Shown piece by piece: positions 38,667 to 48,849 of a stretch of DNA of 64,000 nucleotides. How positions within the stretch are numbered: position 1 is the stretch's first letter; each line of letters begins with the position of its first letter. The stretch lies in the sequence record SRR31156797_2835. One strand, given 5' to 3'. A program made the position numbers and the translations under genes. A model generated the notes under the pieces. The model was not told the DNA's origin, did no database searches, and was given only the letters and a program-made list of their open reading frames with translations.

Positions 38667-40622
38667 ATGACGAAACGAAATATTTATTTGGAAACCATCG
38701 CGCCCGAAGAAGCTATCAAGGTTACAAAAGGCACACTGGATCGCAAAGCACTCATGAGAACCGAGGTGATCCCCACACATGAAGCTGCCGGACGGGTAAC
38801 TGCCGGGCCTATCTTTGCCAAATGTTCCTCCCCGACTTTTCACGCGGCGGCCATGGACGGCATTGCCATTCAGGCCGAATCCACATTCGCTGCTCGTGAA
38901 GATGAACCTGTGGTCCTGAACCACCCGAACCAATTCGAGTTCGTGAACACCGGCAACCCGATGCCTGACGGGACCAATGCGGTCGTGATGATCGAAAATG
39001 TTGTACAAAAGGATGAAGTGACGGTTCTTGTGGATACCCCAGCCTTTCCATGGCAACATGTACGACGCATCGGTGAAGACATCGTTGCTACCGAACTACT
39101 CATCCCACAGAATCGAGAACTCACGCCTTCAGACATCGGTGCTCTGCTTTCAGCTGGCATTTATGAAATTGAGGTCAGGGAAAAAGTCAAAGCCGTATTC
39201 CTGCCCACAGGCGATGAAGTGCTTAACTTTCTGGACAAGCCCGAACCACAGGCCGGACAGGTTATCGAATCAAATTCTCAGGTATTCAAGGCGTATGCGG
39301 ACTCATGGGGCATTGACGCATCATGGTCGTCCCCTGTCCCGGATAACGAAGACACACTCCGCACCGCAGTAATGAGTGGACTCGAAAGCGGTTGTCACGT
39401 TGTCATCGTCGGAGCAGGCTCAAGTGCTGGTAGCAAAGATTATTCAAAACGGGTCTTCGAATCCATAGGCTCGGTCTTGGTCCACGGTATTTCCGTCATG
39501 CCCGGGAAACCCACCTTGCTCGCCGTGACAGATGAACGAAGTGGATATCCGGGACGATTGCTTGTCGGCGCACCGGGATACCCGGTCTCCGCCATTGTCT
39601 GCCATGAGAAAATTCTCGGCCCCATCATCCACTGGCTTATGGGCAAAGCGCTTCCTGATCGACATATGGCAGATATCACTCTGGCGCGTAAAACACCGTC
39701 GAAACCCGGCATGCGCGAAGCCATCCGACTGGCAGCGGGCCGTATCGGTGACAAGATCGTAGCCGCACCACTTGCTCGTGGAGCAGGCATGATCACCACC
39801 ATGACCAAAGCGCAGGCCGTGGCCTATATCCCCGAAGATGTGGAAGGTGTGGAACAAGGTGACTCCCTCAATGCGGAGCTTTTGGTCCCAAGGGACGACC
39901 TCAATCGAGTGCTAGTACACGTGGGTAGCCACGACAACACGATCGACCTGCTTGCCAATGAACTCATGGGATTATCGATTCCCATGCGTCTGGTTTCCAG
40001 CCATGCTGGTTCCATGGGGGGCCTGACCGCACTCAAGGCAGGGTCAGCACTGTTTGCCGGGGCGCATCTGTTTGACCCGGAAACGGGAGATTTCAACTTT
40101 CCATTCCTTGATCGCTACCTGCCTGATCTTGACGTGACCGTGGTCAACCTCGCCATTCGGCATCAAGGTCTCATTGTCGGCAAGGGCAACCCGCTCGGGA
40201 TTCAAGGCGTGGCAGACTTAACCCGCGAAGACGTGATCTTCATCAACCGTCAACGAGGGGCCGGGACCAGAATTCTTCTGGACCACCACCTCAAAGAAGC
40301 GGACATCAACCCACATGACGTACAAGGATATGACAACGAAGAATTCACGCACATGGCCGTGGCCGTCAACGTCCTGACTGGCGCAGCCTCCTGCGGTTTG
40401 GGCATATTTGCTGCGGCAAAGGCACTGGACCTCGACTTCGTACCTCTGGCCCATGAGCGATATGATCTGGTCATTCCTACGGCATACATCAACGATGAGC
40501 GTATACAAACGCTCATCGCCACAATCCGCAAGGATGAAGTCAAAGCAAAGATTCAGAATCTCGGCGGATATGAAACTGATTTGACCGGCCTTGAAATGAC
40601 GCCGGGCATTGGACTGGGATAA
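38667..40622 (+). CDS. moeA: Molybdopterin molybdotransferase MoeA fused to a C-terminal PBP-like domain
   Basis: AAMDGIA, NTGNPMP...AVVMIE, PTGDE, PGKP, PGYPVS; C-domain GSHD, GSMGG, FINRQRGAGTR. Confidence 0.9.
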   Translation: MTKRNIYLETIAPEEAIKVTKGTLDRKALMRTEVIPTHEAAGRVTAGPIFAKCSSPTFHAAAMDGIAIQAESTFAAREDEPVVLNHPNQFEFVNTGNPMPDGTNAVVMIENVVQKDEVTVLVDTPAFPWQHVRRIGEDIVATELLIPQNRELTPSDIGALLSAGIYEIEVREKVKAVFLPTGDEVLNFLDKPEPQAGQVIESNSQVFKAYADSWGIDASWSSPVPDNEDTLRTAVMSGLESGCHVVIVGAGSSAGSKDYSKRVFESIGSVLVHGISVMPGKPTLLAVTDERSGYPGRLLVGAPGYPVSAIVCHEKILGPIIHWLMGKALPDRHMADITLARKTPSKPGMREAIRLAAGRIGDKIVAAPLARGAGMITTMTKAQAVAYIPEDVEGVEQGDSLNAELLVPRDDLNRVLVHVGSHDNTIDLLANELMGLSIPMRLVSSHAGSMGGLTALKAGSALFAGAHLFDPETGDFNFPFLDRYLPDLDVTVVNLAIRHQGLIVGKGNPLGIQGVADLTREDVIFINRQRGAGTRILLDHHLKEADINPHDVQGYDNEEFTHMAVAVNVLTGAASCGLGIFAAAKALDLDFVPLAHERYDLVIPTAYINDERIQTLIATIRKDEVKAKIQNLGGYETDLTGLEMTPGIGLG

Positions 40623-40623
40623 T

Positions 40624-40854
40624 CTAGAGCAATGTCGACGGGGAGCCGTCGTTCTTGAGGCGGACGTCAACCGCCTTGGGGCCGGTTTCCTCGTCGATCA
40701 AACCAAAGGTCACCTGTTCGCCGGGTTCCAAAGTCTGAAACCCATCTCGAACTATTTCGGTATAGTGAACAAAAACATCATGTCCGTCTTCATCGACAAT
40801 GAATCCAAACCCTTTTTGTTCGTTAAACCAAGTCACTTCGCCTTCACACCGCAC
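40624..40854 (-). CDS. Cold-shock domain protein
   Basis: WFNEQKGFGFI, DVFVHY; GTG start with GGGAGG SD. Confidence 0.92.
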   Translation of the reverse strand: MRCEGEVTWFNEQKGFGFIVDEDGHDVFVHYTEIVRDGFQTLEPGEQVTFGLIDEETGPKAVDVRLKNDGSPSTLL

Positions 40855-40946
40855 GGCAGCCTCCCATGAGTTGATGAATGATCATTACTCGTTGATCAGC
40901 ATATTTGCAATGTGAATGGCGTATTGTCCCGGAAGTTCCGAAACAA

Positions 40947-41168
40947 TTAGGAAGATGTTTCCTTGTTCTCTTCAGCAGTACCATCAACGACAGCTTGAGA
41001 ATTCTCTTCGATGGCTCCATCAACGACTTCGCTGTTTTCCACGCCATCTTCTGTCAGATCAAATGATTCTTGCGCCTTTGCCAACTTGCGCTGTTTCTTC
41101 TCTTCTTTCTTCTTTTTCTTAGCCAATTCCTTTTGACGCTTTGCGAACTTGTAATTGGGTTTTGCCAA
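40947..41168 (-). CDS. Small Lys-rich/acidic hypothetical protein
   Basis: TTG start with AAGGAG SD; MAKPNYKFAKRQKELAKKKKKEEK followed by an acidic tail. Confidence 0.7.
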   Translation of the reverse strand: MAKPNYKFAKRQKELAKKKKKEEKKQRKLAKAQESFDLTEDGVENSEVVDGAIEENSQAVVDGTAEENKETSS

Positions 41169-41280
41169 GGCGATCTCCTTGTAAAAATGTGTCCGATCCC
41201 AAAAGAATCAGAAAAAAGAACCCGTCCCTCCCGAAAGAGAGACGGGCTTTCATAGCCAGCTTACGCTTGATAGTCAGAAA

Positions 41281-41547
41281 CTACCAGCGGGGACGCTCAA
41301 CGCGGGGCTTGGCTTCGTTGACCTTGATGTTACGGCCGCCGAAGTCCTTGCCGTCCAGAGCTTCGATAGCTTCCAGAGCGCCGGAATCGTCATCCATTTC
41401 GACAAAACCAAAGCCGCGGGGGCGACCGGTTTCACGGTCTTCGATCAGTTTGACGGAAGAGACCTGGCCGTAAGCTTCGAAAGCTGCACGGACTTCGTCT
41501 TCGGTTGCGGACCAGGGCAGATTGCCGACGTAGATGTTCTTGGACAT
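41281..41547 (-). CDS. RRM (RNP-1) RNA-binding protein
   Basis: RNP2 IYVGNL, RNP1 RGFGFVEM, VNEAKPR; AGGAG SD. Confidence 0.95.
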   Translation of the reverse strand: MSKNIYVGNLPWSATEDEVRAAFEAYGQVSSVKLIEDRETGRPRGFGFVEMDDDSGALEAIEALDGKDFGGRNIKVNEAKPRVERPRW

Positions 41548-41790
41548 AATAAACTCCTGAAAAAGTGATATGATGCATTTGCACCGATAAATAAAGAAAG
41601 AAGCAGTGTACACGATGCGCACACTGCTTCTCGATATACCTGTTCTATTTCCAACCAGCACCGGCCAACATTTAGACCTCGCCCCCATGGGCTTCACTGG
41701 TACATTCATGAGGACAGTTTGTTAAAATTAAGATTATGTCAAGGCTTTTTTTATTTTTTTCATTTCAAACAATAAAAAGCATTTGTCCAA

Positions 41791-43284
41791 TTATCTCATG
41801 ACATACTCATCAAGCCGCCCACAGTACCGTAGCCGACCTTGTTCCAGCACCAAAATTTTATTCAGAGCAGATACCCTGTCGTCTTCGTGGTGTGAGACAA
41901 AAACAAGAGGGACTCCTGACTCCGCGAGTCGTTGAATCATTTCCATGATAAACGCGCGCGACCCACTATCCAGCCCGGACAAAGGTTCATCCAACAAAAG
42001 CAACTTCGGTCCCGGCGCCATCGCACGCGCCAAAAAAACCCTTCGCTGCTGTCCGTAGGACATATGACGCAATCGTCGAGATTCCAACCCGGCCAATCCA
42101 ACCATTTCGAGCCATTGTGCCGCCCCGAGCTTTTCTTCGCTCGTAGGCTCATCCAACATGCCCACGCTTCCACGATAACCGGATATGACAGTCTCTTCCG
42201 CCGTCACTTCCCATCCCAACTCACGCGCATAGCTCGTTTGAAGGTCTGGCGAAACAACTCCGATTAAGGGACGAGCTTCATCCATGGTGATACCGCCCAA
42301 TCGCCTAATTACCCCCACGCCCTCTTCGTCGTCTGCATACGGCGCAATTTCACTCATAATAAGTTTAAGCAATGTGGATTTTCCGGCACCATTCGCGCCA
42401 ACCACCATCCAATTTTCACCGGGCAAGATTTCCCAGTCGATTGAATACAAAATGCGCTTCCCGCCCTGAACTACCGAGACATGTTCCATACGCAAAAGGT
42501 ATTCCATGCTTGGATCGGAAACCGCAACAGGCAGATCACAGGCCACAAGATCTGGCGCATTGGTCTGCAATGCCAACAAAATCTCGTCCCTATTCCCTTC
42601 CGACACGATCAGGCCTTGATCAAGAACCACAGCGTGCGTAATACATTCCGGCAGATCTCCTGCCCGATGTGCGGCGCACACCAAGGTGGTCCACTCCCCG
42701 GCTCTATTGAGCAGTTGAAGTACTTCATCACGAGATTGTGCATCCAAGCCGTCCAAGCATTCGTCCAAAAGCAAGACCCCGGGCTTAGAGACCAACCCTC
42801 TGGCCACAAGCAGTTTACGCAATTGCCCTGTGGAAAGTGTTCCTAACGAACTTTCCGCCAAATCATGAATATTCAAAAGATCAATAATTTCATCTGCCGA
42901 AACTTCCTGTTCGGAAGTTGGCGTATCATAAAGGATAGGCGTATCGAAGAACCCGGCCAATATTATATTGCGGCCTGTAACATGCGATGTGTGCAGGCTA
43001 TAAAAATCCTGCATATCTGCCGAGACCATACCGATTTGCTGACGCAAACCAATCACGGAATGTTGTTCTCCATTCCCGAAGTCATAAACTCGTTCGCCAC
43101 CTGAATCCGGCATCAATTCACCACGCACAAGACGAAGAAACGTGGTTTTTCCCGCTCCGTTGGAACCAGTCACAGCCACATGACGGCCACGCTCAAGGCG
43201 CCACGACAACGGACCAAGCAGGGCTTTGCCTCCACGGGTCACAGTCGCATTGGTCAATGAAATTAAAGTATGCATCGGCGACAT
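41791..43284 (-). CDS. ABC ATPase with two nucleotide-binding domains (ModF-like)
   Basis: Two Walker A motifs (GSNGAGKT, GANGAGKS), signatures LSTGQ and MSYGQ, LLDE; no TM domain. Confidence 0.85.
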   Translation of the reverse strand: MSPMHTLISLTNATVTRGGKALLGPLSWRLERGRHVAVTGSNGAGKTTFLRLVRGELMPDSGGERVYDFGNGEQHSVIGLRQQIGMVSADMQDFYSLHTSHVTGRNIILAGFFDTPILYDTPTSEQEVSADEIIDLLNIHDLAESSLGTLSTGQLRKLLVARGLVSKPGVLLLDECLDGLDAQSRDEVLQLLNRAGEWTTLVCAAHRAGDLPECITHAVVLDQGLIVSEGNRDEILLALQTNAPDLVACDLPVAVSDPSMEYLLRMEHVSVVQGGKRILYSIDWEILPGENWMVVGANGAGKSTLLKLIMSEIAPYADDEEGVGVIRRLGGITMDEARPLIGVVSPDLQTSYARELGWEVTAEETVISGYRGSVGMLDEPTSEEKLGAAQWLEMVGLAGLESRRLRHMSYGQQRRVFLARAMAPGPKLLLLDEPLSGLDSGSRAFIMEMIQRLAESGVPLVFVSHHEDDRVSALNKILVLEQGRLRYCGRLDEYVMR

Positions 43285-43357
43285 TCTTCCTTTTCTTTCG
43301 ATCAGAAGCAACCGCTTTATCTTGTATACGGACTCACTCCCGCCTATGCTGATCGCC

Positions 43358-44281
43358 ATGCGTTCAACAGTTGCCATCGACCACGTCCATAATTATGACC
43401 CTACCCTGCTATCATCAGCCGTGGACAAAGTCTTGACGTCATCAGGGCTAATCATCTCTTCCGGCCAGCGGGTGTTGGTCAAACCCAATCTGGTCAATGG
43501 CAAAAACGCTCGGCAATGCACCACCCACCCTACAATGGTCAAAGCAGCCTGTGCATGGCTGCTCAATCACGGAGCCCTTGTAACCGTGGCAGACTCCCCG
43601 GCACTCGGCCCTGCCGCATATGTAGCTCACAACTCAGGATTGGCGCAGGCAGTCGGTCAACTCGGCCTCAAGGTCACAAGCTTGAAAAAGGCCGTTCCTC
43701 TTGCATTGTCACATGGCGGCACCATCGGTTTATCGCAGGATGCGCTTGACGCGGACCTCATTCTCAATATGCCCAAGCTCAAGGTACATTGTCAGATGGT
43801 CATGACTGGTGCGGTCAAAAACTTGTTCGGCTGCGTGGTGGGATTTCGCAAGGCCATGGCCCACAATCGGCTTGGACACAGCCGTGAGATATTCCGCGCC
43901 ATGCTCATGGATGTATATGCTGCCCTACCGCATTGCCATCATCTCATGGATGGAATCCACGCAATGCACAAAGATGGTCCTATTAACGGTGAACCGTTTC
44001 CACTCGGCCTACTGAGCGCATCTGCAAATGGCATTGCCTTGGACACAGCGGCCTATACCACATTGGGTTTGACGCCAGATCGCATTCCCCTCTGGGACGA
44101 GGCTTTAGCCCGCGATATTCCCGGCGCAAACTTACAGGACCTCGACTTTCCAATTGCCCCGCCCACCGGATTCGACACCACCGGATTCACCATGTCGCCG
44201 GAGCGCGAACTCTCCTTCGCCCCTTCGCGAGTCATCAAAGGCAGAATCCGCAGTTTGTTGAAGTATTTCAAAAAACAGTGA
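43358..44281 (+). CDS. DUF362 domain protein
   Basis: VLVKPNL, TTHP, DSP, NMPKLKVH, TGAVKNLFG, DGI..M...GP. Confidence 0.85.
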   Translation: MRSTVAIDHVHNYDPTLLSSAVDKVLTSSGLIISSGQRVLVKPNLVNGKNARQCTTHPTMVKAACAWLLNHGALVTVADSPALGPAAYVAHNSGLAQAVGQLGLKVTSLKKAVPLALSHGGTIGLSQDALDADLILNMPKLKVHCQMVMTGAVKNLFGCVVGFRKAMAHNRLGHSREIFRAMLMDVYAALPHCHHLMDGIHAMHKDGPINGEPFPLGLLSASANGIALDTAAYTTLGLTPDRIPLWDEALARDIPGANLQDLDFPIAPPTGFDTTGFTMSPERELSFAPSRVIKGRIRSLLKYFKKQ

Positions 44282-44321
44282 TTTTCTTGCACTTTATAGT
44301 CTGGAGTTGTATGGACTCTTC

Positions 44322-46646
44322 ATGACTCTCATGCGCCAGAAGTTTACCATCACCGGGCAAGTACAAGGCGTCGGATTTCGACCCTTCGTCTATCGGACCG
44401 CTTTGAACAATAACGTCTCAGGCACGGTCAACAATTCCTCCGCAGGCGTTCTCATCGAAATTCAGGGAACTCCGGAACAAGTCTCCGGCTTTTCCGAAGA
44501 ACTGGCCGAAAAGCTGCCGCCCTTAGCCAAAATCATCAGTCTGGATTGTGAAGACCTGCCAATCGTGGATAACGAAAAGAATTTCACGATTCTCAAATCC
44601 ACTGGCGGGAAAGGCCACTCCGTCCTTATCAGCGCAGACGTCGCCACCTGTCAGGATTGCCTGAACGACATGGCAGACCCGACCAACCGTCGATATAGAT
44701 ATCCGTTCACCAACTGCACCAACTGCGGGCCCCGTTACACAATCACTCGATCAATACCATATGATCGCCCCCAAACGTCTATGGCCTGCTTCCCGTTATG
44801 CGATGATTGTCTGAAAGAATATGAAGATCCACTCGACCGCCGGTTTCATGCGCAACCAAATGCCTGCCCAGATTGCGGCCCTACAGTCTGGCTCACAAAT
44901 AAAGAATGTTCAACCATTGCTGAAGGTGACGAAGCGCTCAAACTCCTTGCGACAGAAATTGCCAAAGGAAAGATTGCAGCTGTCAAAGGACTTGGCGGTT
45001 TCCATCTTGTCTGCGACGCCATGGCAAATGAAGCTGTAACAACTTTACGCCAACGCAAACATCGCCCGGACAAGCCACTGGCCGTCATGGTCCCAACCAT
45101 GGACCATGCTCGCCAATTGGCCGACATCATCCCGGCAGAAGAAAAATGGCTGACCGGATTGCACCGCCCCATCGTACTCGCTGCCAAACACACGCCGTTT
45201 CCATTGGCAAAACAAGTCGCACCAGATACAAATTTCGTAGGGATAATGCTTCCCTACACCCCGCTGCACCACATCCTACTGGGTGATTTCGCAACTGCCA
45301 CACCACACGATATTCCAGCTTTGGTCATGACTTCCGGCAACATGAGTTCCGAACCGATCAGTCTGGGCAATAAAGAAGCCTTTGAACGACTCAACGACAT
45401 TGCTGATATTTTCCTCTTTCACAACCGGGACATTCTCATCCGCACAGACGACTCCGTGGTCCGCGTAAACCCAGCCACCGACAACCCAATTTTTATGCGC
45501 CGTGCACGAGGATTTGTTCCCGCGCCCGTTTTCATCCCGGAAAAAGGTCCTACAGTTTTGGGCATGGGGCCCGAATTGAAATGCACCATGACCCTGACCA
45601 AGGGCGATCAGGCTTTCACCAGTCAACACATTGGCAACATGTCCAATCTGGAGACGCTGGAATTCCACAAGGAAATTCTGACCCATTTACAAGATATCCT
45701 TCAGGTGAAACCGGAGCTGATTGTCCGTGATTTACACCCGGATTACATGACATCCACTCTGGCCGAGGACATTGGCAAGGAACTGGGTATTCCCGTAGCA
45801 ACATTGCAACATCACTACGCCCATATTTATGCCAACCTTGCCGAGAATAAACACACTGGCCCCGCCATCGGGCTGGCCCTCGACGGCACAGGCTACGGCG
45901 AAGACGGCACCATCTGGGGCGGCGAATGTCTCATGGTCATGCCCGAAGAACTGGAACACCAACGATTGGCCCATTTTTCCCGCATCCGACTGCCCGGCGG
46001 AGAGGCTGCGGTCAAGGAACCATGGCGTATAGCTCAGGCCGCACTCTGGGAACTCGGCATCAAGGAGCCGGGGAAATACCAATGGCCATGGCTCAAAGAT
46101 TTTGAAGCCCAAAGCCGTTTCCTGCCGCAAATTCTGTCAAAGGGCATCAATGCACCCGAGACATCCAGTTGCGGTCGGTTGTTTGATGGCGTAGCCGCAC
46201 TTTGTGGACTGGTCGACACCATCAGCTATGAAGGCCAGGCCGCCATCCTACTGGAAAAAGCACAGGATATGTCTGAAACTGGAGCTTATCCTTGTCCACT
46301 CCAATCCGACGACCCCGTTTCCTTGAACACACTTTCTCTGGTACACGCTGTACTGGAAGATCTGGAAAACACGGTGCCTGTTTCCATTATCGCCCGTCGA
46401 TTCCACCGAGGGCTAATTAACGGCCTGACAGAAATGGCTTATTCATTTTCCATGGTGTTGGATATCCATCACGTGGCCCTGTCCGGCGGCGTAATGCAAA
46501 ACCTGACGCTTGCCACGGAATTACCGCAGGCCCTTGAAAATGTAGGATTGATTCCATTGGTACACCGCCAGCTTCCCCCCAATGATGGTTGTATTTCCCT
46601 CGGTCAGGCAGTCTGGGGCCAAAGGAAGCTCCTCCTCAAATCATAA
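44322..46646 (+). CDS. hypF: [NiFe]-hydrogenase maturation carbamoyltransferase HypF
   Basis: GQVQGVGFRPFVY, CTNCGPRY zinc fingers, KGLGGFHL, QHHYAH, DGTGYG, PPNDGCISLGQ; exact start uncertain (44307/44322/44331). Confidence 0.96.
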   Translation: MTLMRQKFTITGQVQGVGFRPFVYRTALNNNVSGTVNNSSAGVLIEIQGTPEQVSGFSEELAEKLPPLAKIISLDCEDLPIVDNEKNFTILKSTGGKGHSVLISADVATCQDCLNDMADPTNRRYRYPFTNCTNCGPRYTITRSIPYDRPQTSMACFPLCDDCLKEYEDPLDRRFHAQPNACPDCGPTVWLTNKECSTIAEGDEALKLLATEIAKGKIAAVKGLGGFHLVCDAMANEAVTTLRQRKHRPDKPLAVMVPTMDHARQLADIIPAEEKWLTGLHRPIVLAAKHTPFPLAKQVAPDTNFVGIMLPYTPLHHILLGDFATATPHDIPALVMTSGNMSSEPISLGNKEAFERLNDIADIFLFHNRDILIRTDDSVVRVNPATDNPIFMRRARGFVPAPVFIPEKGPTVLGMGPELKCTMTLTKGDQAFTSQHIGNMSNLETLEFHKEILTHLQDILQVKPELIVRDLHPDYMTSTLAEDIGKELGIPVATLQHHYAHIYANLAENKHTGPAIGLALDGTGYGEDGTIWGGECLMVMPEELEHQRLAHFSRIRLPGGEAAVKEPWRIAQAALWELGIKEPGKYQWPWLKDFEAQSRFLPQILSKGINAPETSSCGRLFDGVAALCGLVDTISYEGQAAILLEKAQDMSETGAYPCPLQSDDPVSLNTLSLVHAVLEDLENTVPVSIIARRFHRGLINGLTEMAYSFSMVLDIHHVALSGGVMQNLTLATELPQALENVGLIPLVHRQLPPNDGCISLGQAVWGQRKLLLKS

Positions 46647-46656
46647 AGGAAAAACC

Positions 46657-47436
46657 ATGCATGCCATCCGCACTTTTTCGATCGCGATCATGCTCATCCT
46701 GTCCACCCCGACACTCATTATGGCTGGGACAAAATGCACCCCGCTTGTCCTGTCTGAAATCCATGTAGAGGAAGAGACCGCCGGTTTCATCGTGGACACC
46801 CGCTATCCTGTTCTCTGTGCAAAGACGGCCAATCGCACCCTCCGCGATTGGGTAGGGCATCGCCTATTCGATTTCAAAAAATTCGATCCTGACCATGATT
46901 TATCAGAATTCCCGCACAAATATGAAATGACCATGAACTATAGTGTCTGGCCTGCCGCGTCTGAACGATTCGCATCAGTCAAACTCGATGTCGATGTCTA
47001 CTCAGGCGGAGCCCACCCCAACCATTGGCCCATGACATGGGTCTTCGACATGACAAACGGCACAACCATCACACTGGAAGAACTTTTCACGGACATGGAT
47101 ACGGCACTTCCCGCTGTTTCTTCCATGTGCCGCGCCGTTCTATTGCGCACCCTTGGCCCGGAACTCAAAGACATGATATTTTCTGGTACCAAACCGCTGG
47201 AAGAAAACTTTTCCCGATATATCCTTAATGACCAAGGCATTATCTTTATTTTCCCACATTATCAGGTGGCTCCCTATTCATCAGGCGAACAGGTAGTGAC
47301 CATTCCGTATGCACATGTCACGGAATATTTCACTTCTACGACCAACCAAAAGCTGGGACTCGCCCTTCCACCAACCACCAACCACCAAAAAGATTGTTCC
47401 CGAGATATAATTGATACAAACCGCGAAAGTAGGTAA
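46657..47436 (+). CDS. Exported DUF3298/DUF4163 (RsiV/PdaC-like) protein
   Basis: Signal peptide, YSGGAHP, F..YQVAPYSSG motifs. Confidence 0.8.
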   Translation: MHAIRTFSIAIMLILSTPTLIMAGTKCTPLVLSEIHVEEETAGFIVDTRYPVLCAKTANRTLRDWVGHRLFDFKKFDPDHDLSEFPHKYEMTMNYSVWPAASERFASVKLDVDVYSGGAHPNHWPMTWVFDMTNGTTITLEELFTDMDTALPAVSSMCRAVLLRTLGPELKDMIFSGTKPLEENFSRYILNDQGIIFIFPHYQVAPYSSGEQVVTIPYAHVTEYFTSTTNQKLGLALPPTTNHQKDCSRDIIDTNRESR

Positions 47437-47475
47437 TAGGAGAGCATAGTACTCACTTTTTTCAAAGGAGCCCTC

Positions 47476-47634
47476 GTGGAACTGCTTCGTATCATCATTT
47501 CCGTACTTATCCCGCCCATCGGTGCTTTTCTGAAAGTCGGCCTTGGCCTACAATTCTGGGTCAACCTGTTACTGACTCTTCTCGGCTACTTCCCCGGTCT
47601 GGTGCATGTCATCTGGTTGTTGTCCAGAAAATAA
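47476..47634 (+). CDS. YqaE/Pmp3 family small membrane protein (52 aa, not in ORF track)
   Basis: AAGGAG SD then GTG; MELLRIIISVLIPPIGAFLKVGLGLQFWVNLLLTLLGYFPGLVHVIWLLSRK. Confidence 0.9.
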   Translation: MELLRIIISVLIPPIGAFLKVGLGLQFWVNLLLTLLGYFPGLVHVIWLLSRK

Positions 47635-47636
47635 CA

Positions 47637-47674
47637 AGAAAAAGGCCCGGCGTTATAACACTCCGGGCCTTTTT
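47637..47674. terminator. Bidirectional terminator
   Basis: AAAAAGGCCCGG...CCGGGCCTTTTT between convergent genes. Confidence 0.8.
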
Positions 47675-47709
47675 AATGACGACATACACCCTCTTGGGGT
47701 ATTCAAAAA

Positions 47710-48849
47710 TTACAATTTTTTCAATTCAACTTCAAGCGCAGCCAGATACTCGGTAAGCATATCAGGGGTAATATCTCCCATGTGACCGATTCGGATAATC
47801 TGACGCTTACCCTCTTTTTCCAACTGGACATTCAGCTTTCCGTAACCGGGATCCATCAGATACCCTTCTTCCCGCAAGGCTTCCTTCACACCGCCCTTGA
47901 GTTGGGCCTGTGTCACGCCTTCAGGACAAATGACAGTGGACATGGTCACGGACCGATACCCTTCCGGCACGAACATCTCGAAACCATCCAGACCGGCCAC
48001 CCATTCTTCAACCATACCCCGCATCTGAATATGACGGGCAAAGCGATTATCCACGCCTTCCTCATTAACGATTCGATCGAGCTGTACAGCCATCTGATTG
48101 GCGAGTGTGCCATTGGGTGTGGTTAAAGTCTGATTTTTCCGAGCACAGACAAGCTGACGGGTGATGTCGTGCGCATGGCCCTTGTTGGTCACACAAGCAG
48201 CCTTTTCCTCGGCCTCTCTGGACACGAATCCGATACCGAACCCGGCAGGTAAAGCCAAAGACTTCTGTGTGGCGGTCACATATATGGCCGCTCCAGAATT
48301 CGACAAATCCAGATCAGCTCCGCCAAAAATGGACACTCCATCAACCAAGGGCATGGCGTCATATTGACGAATAAGCGCACACACAGCCTTCATGTCGTTC
48401 GTAACACCGGTAGAAGTCTCGTTATGCGTAAAAGAAACCACATCCGGCCGCAGATCTTTGAGCTTCTGTTCCAGCACATTCAAATTGATGGGCTGACCAT
48501 ACTCAAATTTGAGATTCGTGGACTGCTTTCCGTTGGCAACGGCGATCGTATGATAATGATCACCAAATGCTCCGACAGACACGTTAAGCAAAGTTTCATC
48601 ATCAGCTACCAGTGAACGAATGGACGCTTCCATGGCAGAAGATCCAGACCCCAAAACAAGAATCGGTTCGTAGTCGTCACCACATCCGGCCAGTGTTCGC
48701 AGATGCTGACGAATAGGACCGAAACGCAATTCATTCTCACTGTCGCGATGACCAAATTCCGGCAACATTGCCGCAGCCTTGACGTCGTCACGAATATAGG
48801 TGGGACCGGTAATAAAAAGCTTGAGTGGGGCGAATTTAGACAGGCTCAT
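47710..48849 (-). CDS. Class V PLP aminotransferase (serine-glyoxylate/alanine-glyoxylate/SerC-like)
   Basis: FITGPT, GHR, HNETSTGV, VDGVS, TQKSL (PLP Lys), RIGHMG. Confidence 0.88.
   Translation of the reverse strand: MSLSKFAPLKLFITGPTYIRDDVKAAAMLPEFGHRDSENELRFGPIRQHLRTLAGCGDDYEPILVLGSGSSAMEASIRSLVADDETLLNVSVGAFGDHYHTIAVANGKQSTNLKFEYGQPINLNVLEQKLKDLRPDVVSFTHNETSTGVTNDMKAVCALIRQYDAMPLVDGVSIFGGADLDLSNSGAAIYVTATQKSLALPAGFGIGFVSREAEEKAACVTNKGHAHDITRQLVCARKNQTLTTPNGTLANQMAVQLDRIVNEEGVDNRFARHIQMRGMVEEWVAGLDGFEMFVPEGYRSVTMSTVICPEGVTQAQLKGGVKEALREEGYLMDPGYGKLNVQLEKEGKRQIIRIGHMGDITPDMLTEYLAALEVELKKL

Noticed and set aside
43226-43377. Apparent head-to-head overlap of the ModF-like and DUF362 ORFs
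   Set aside because: Disappears with the more plausible starts at 43284 (-) and 43358 (+)
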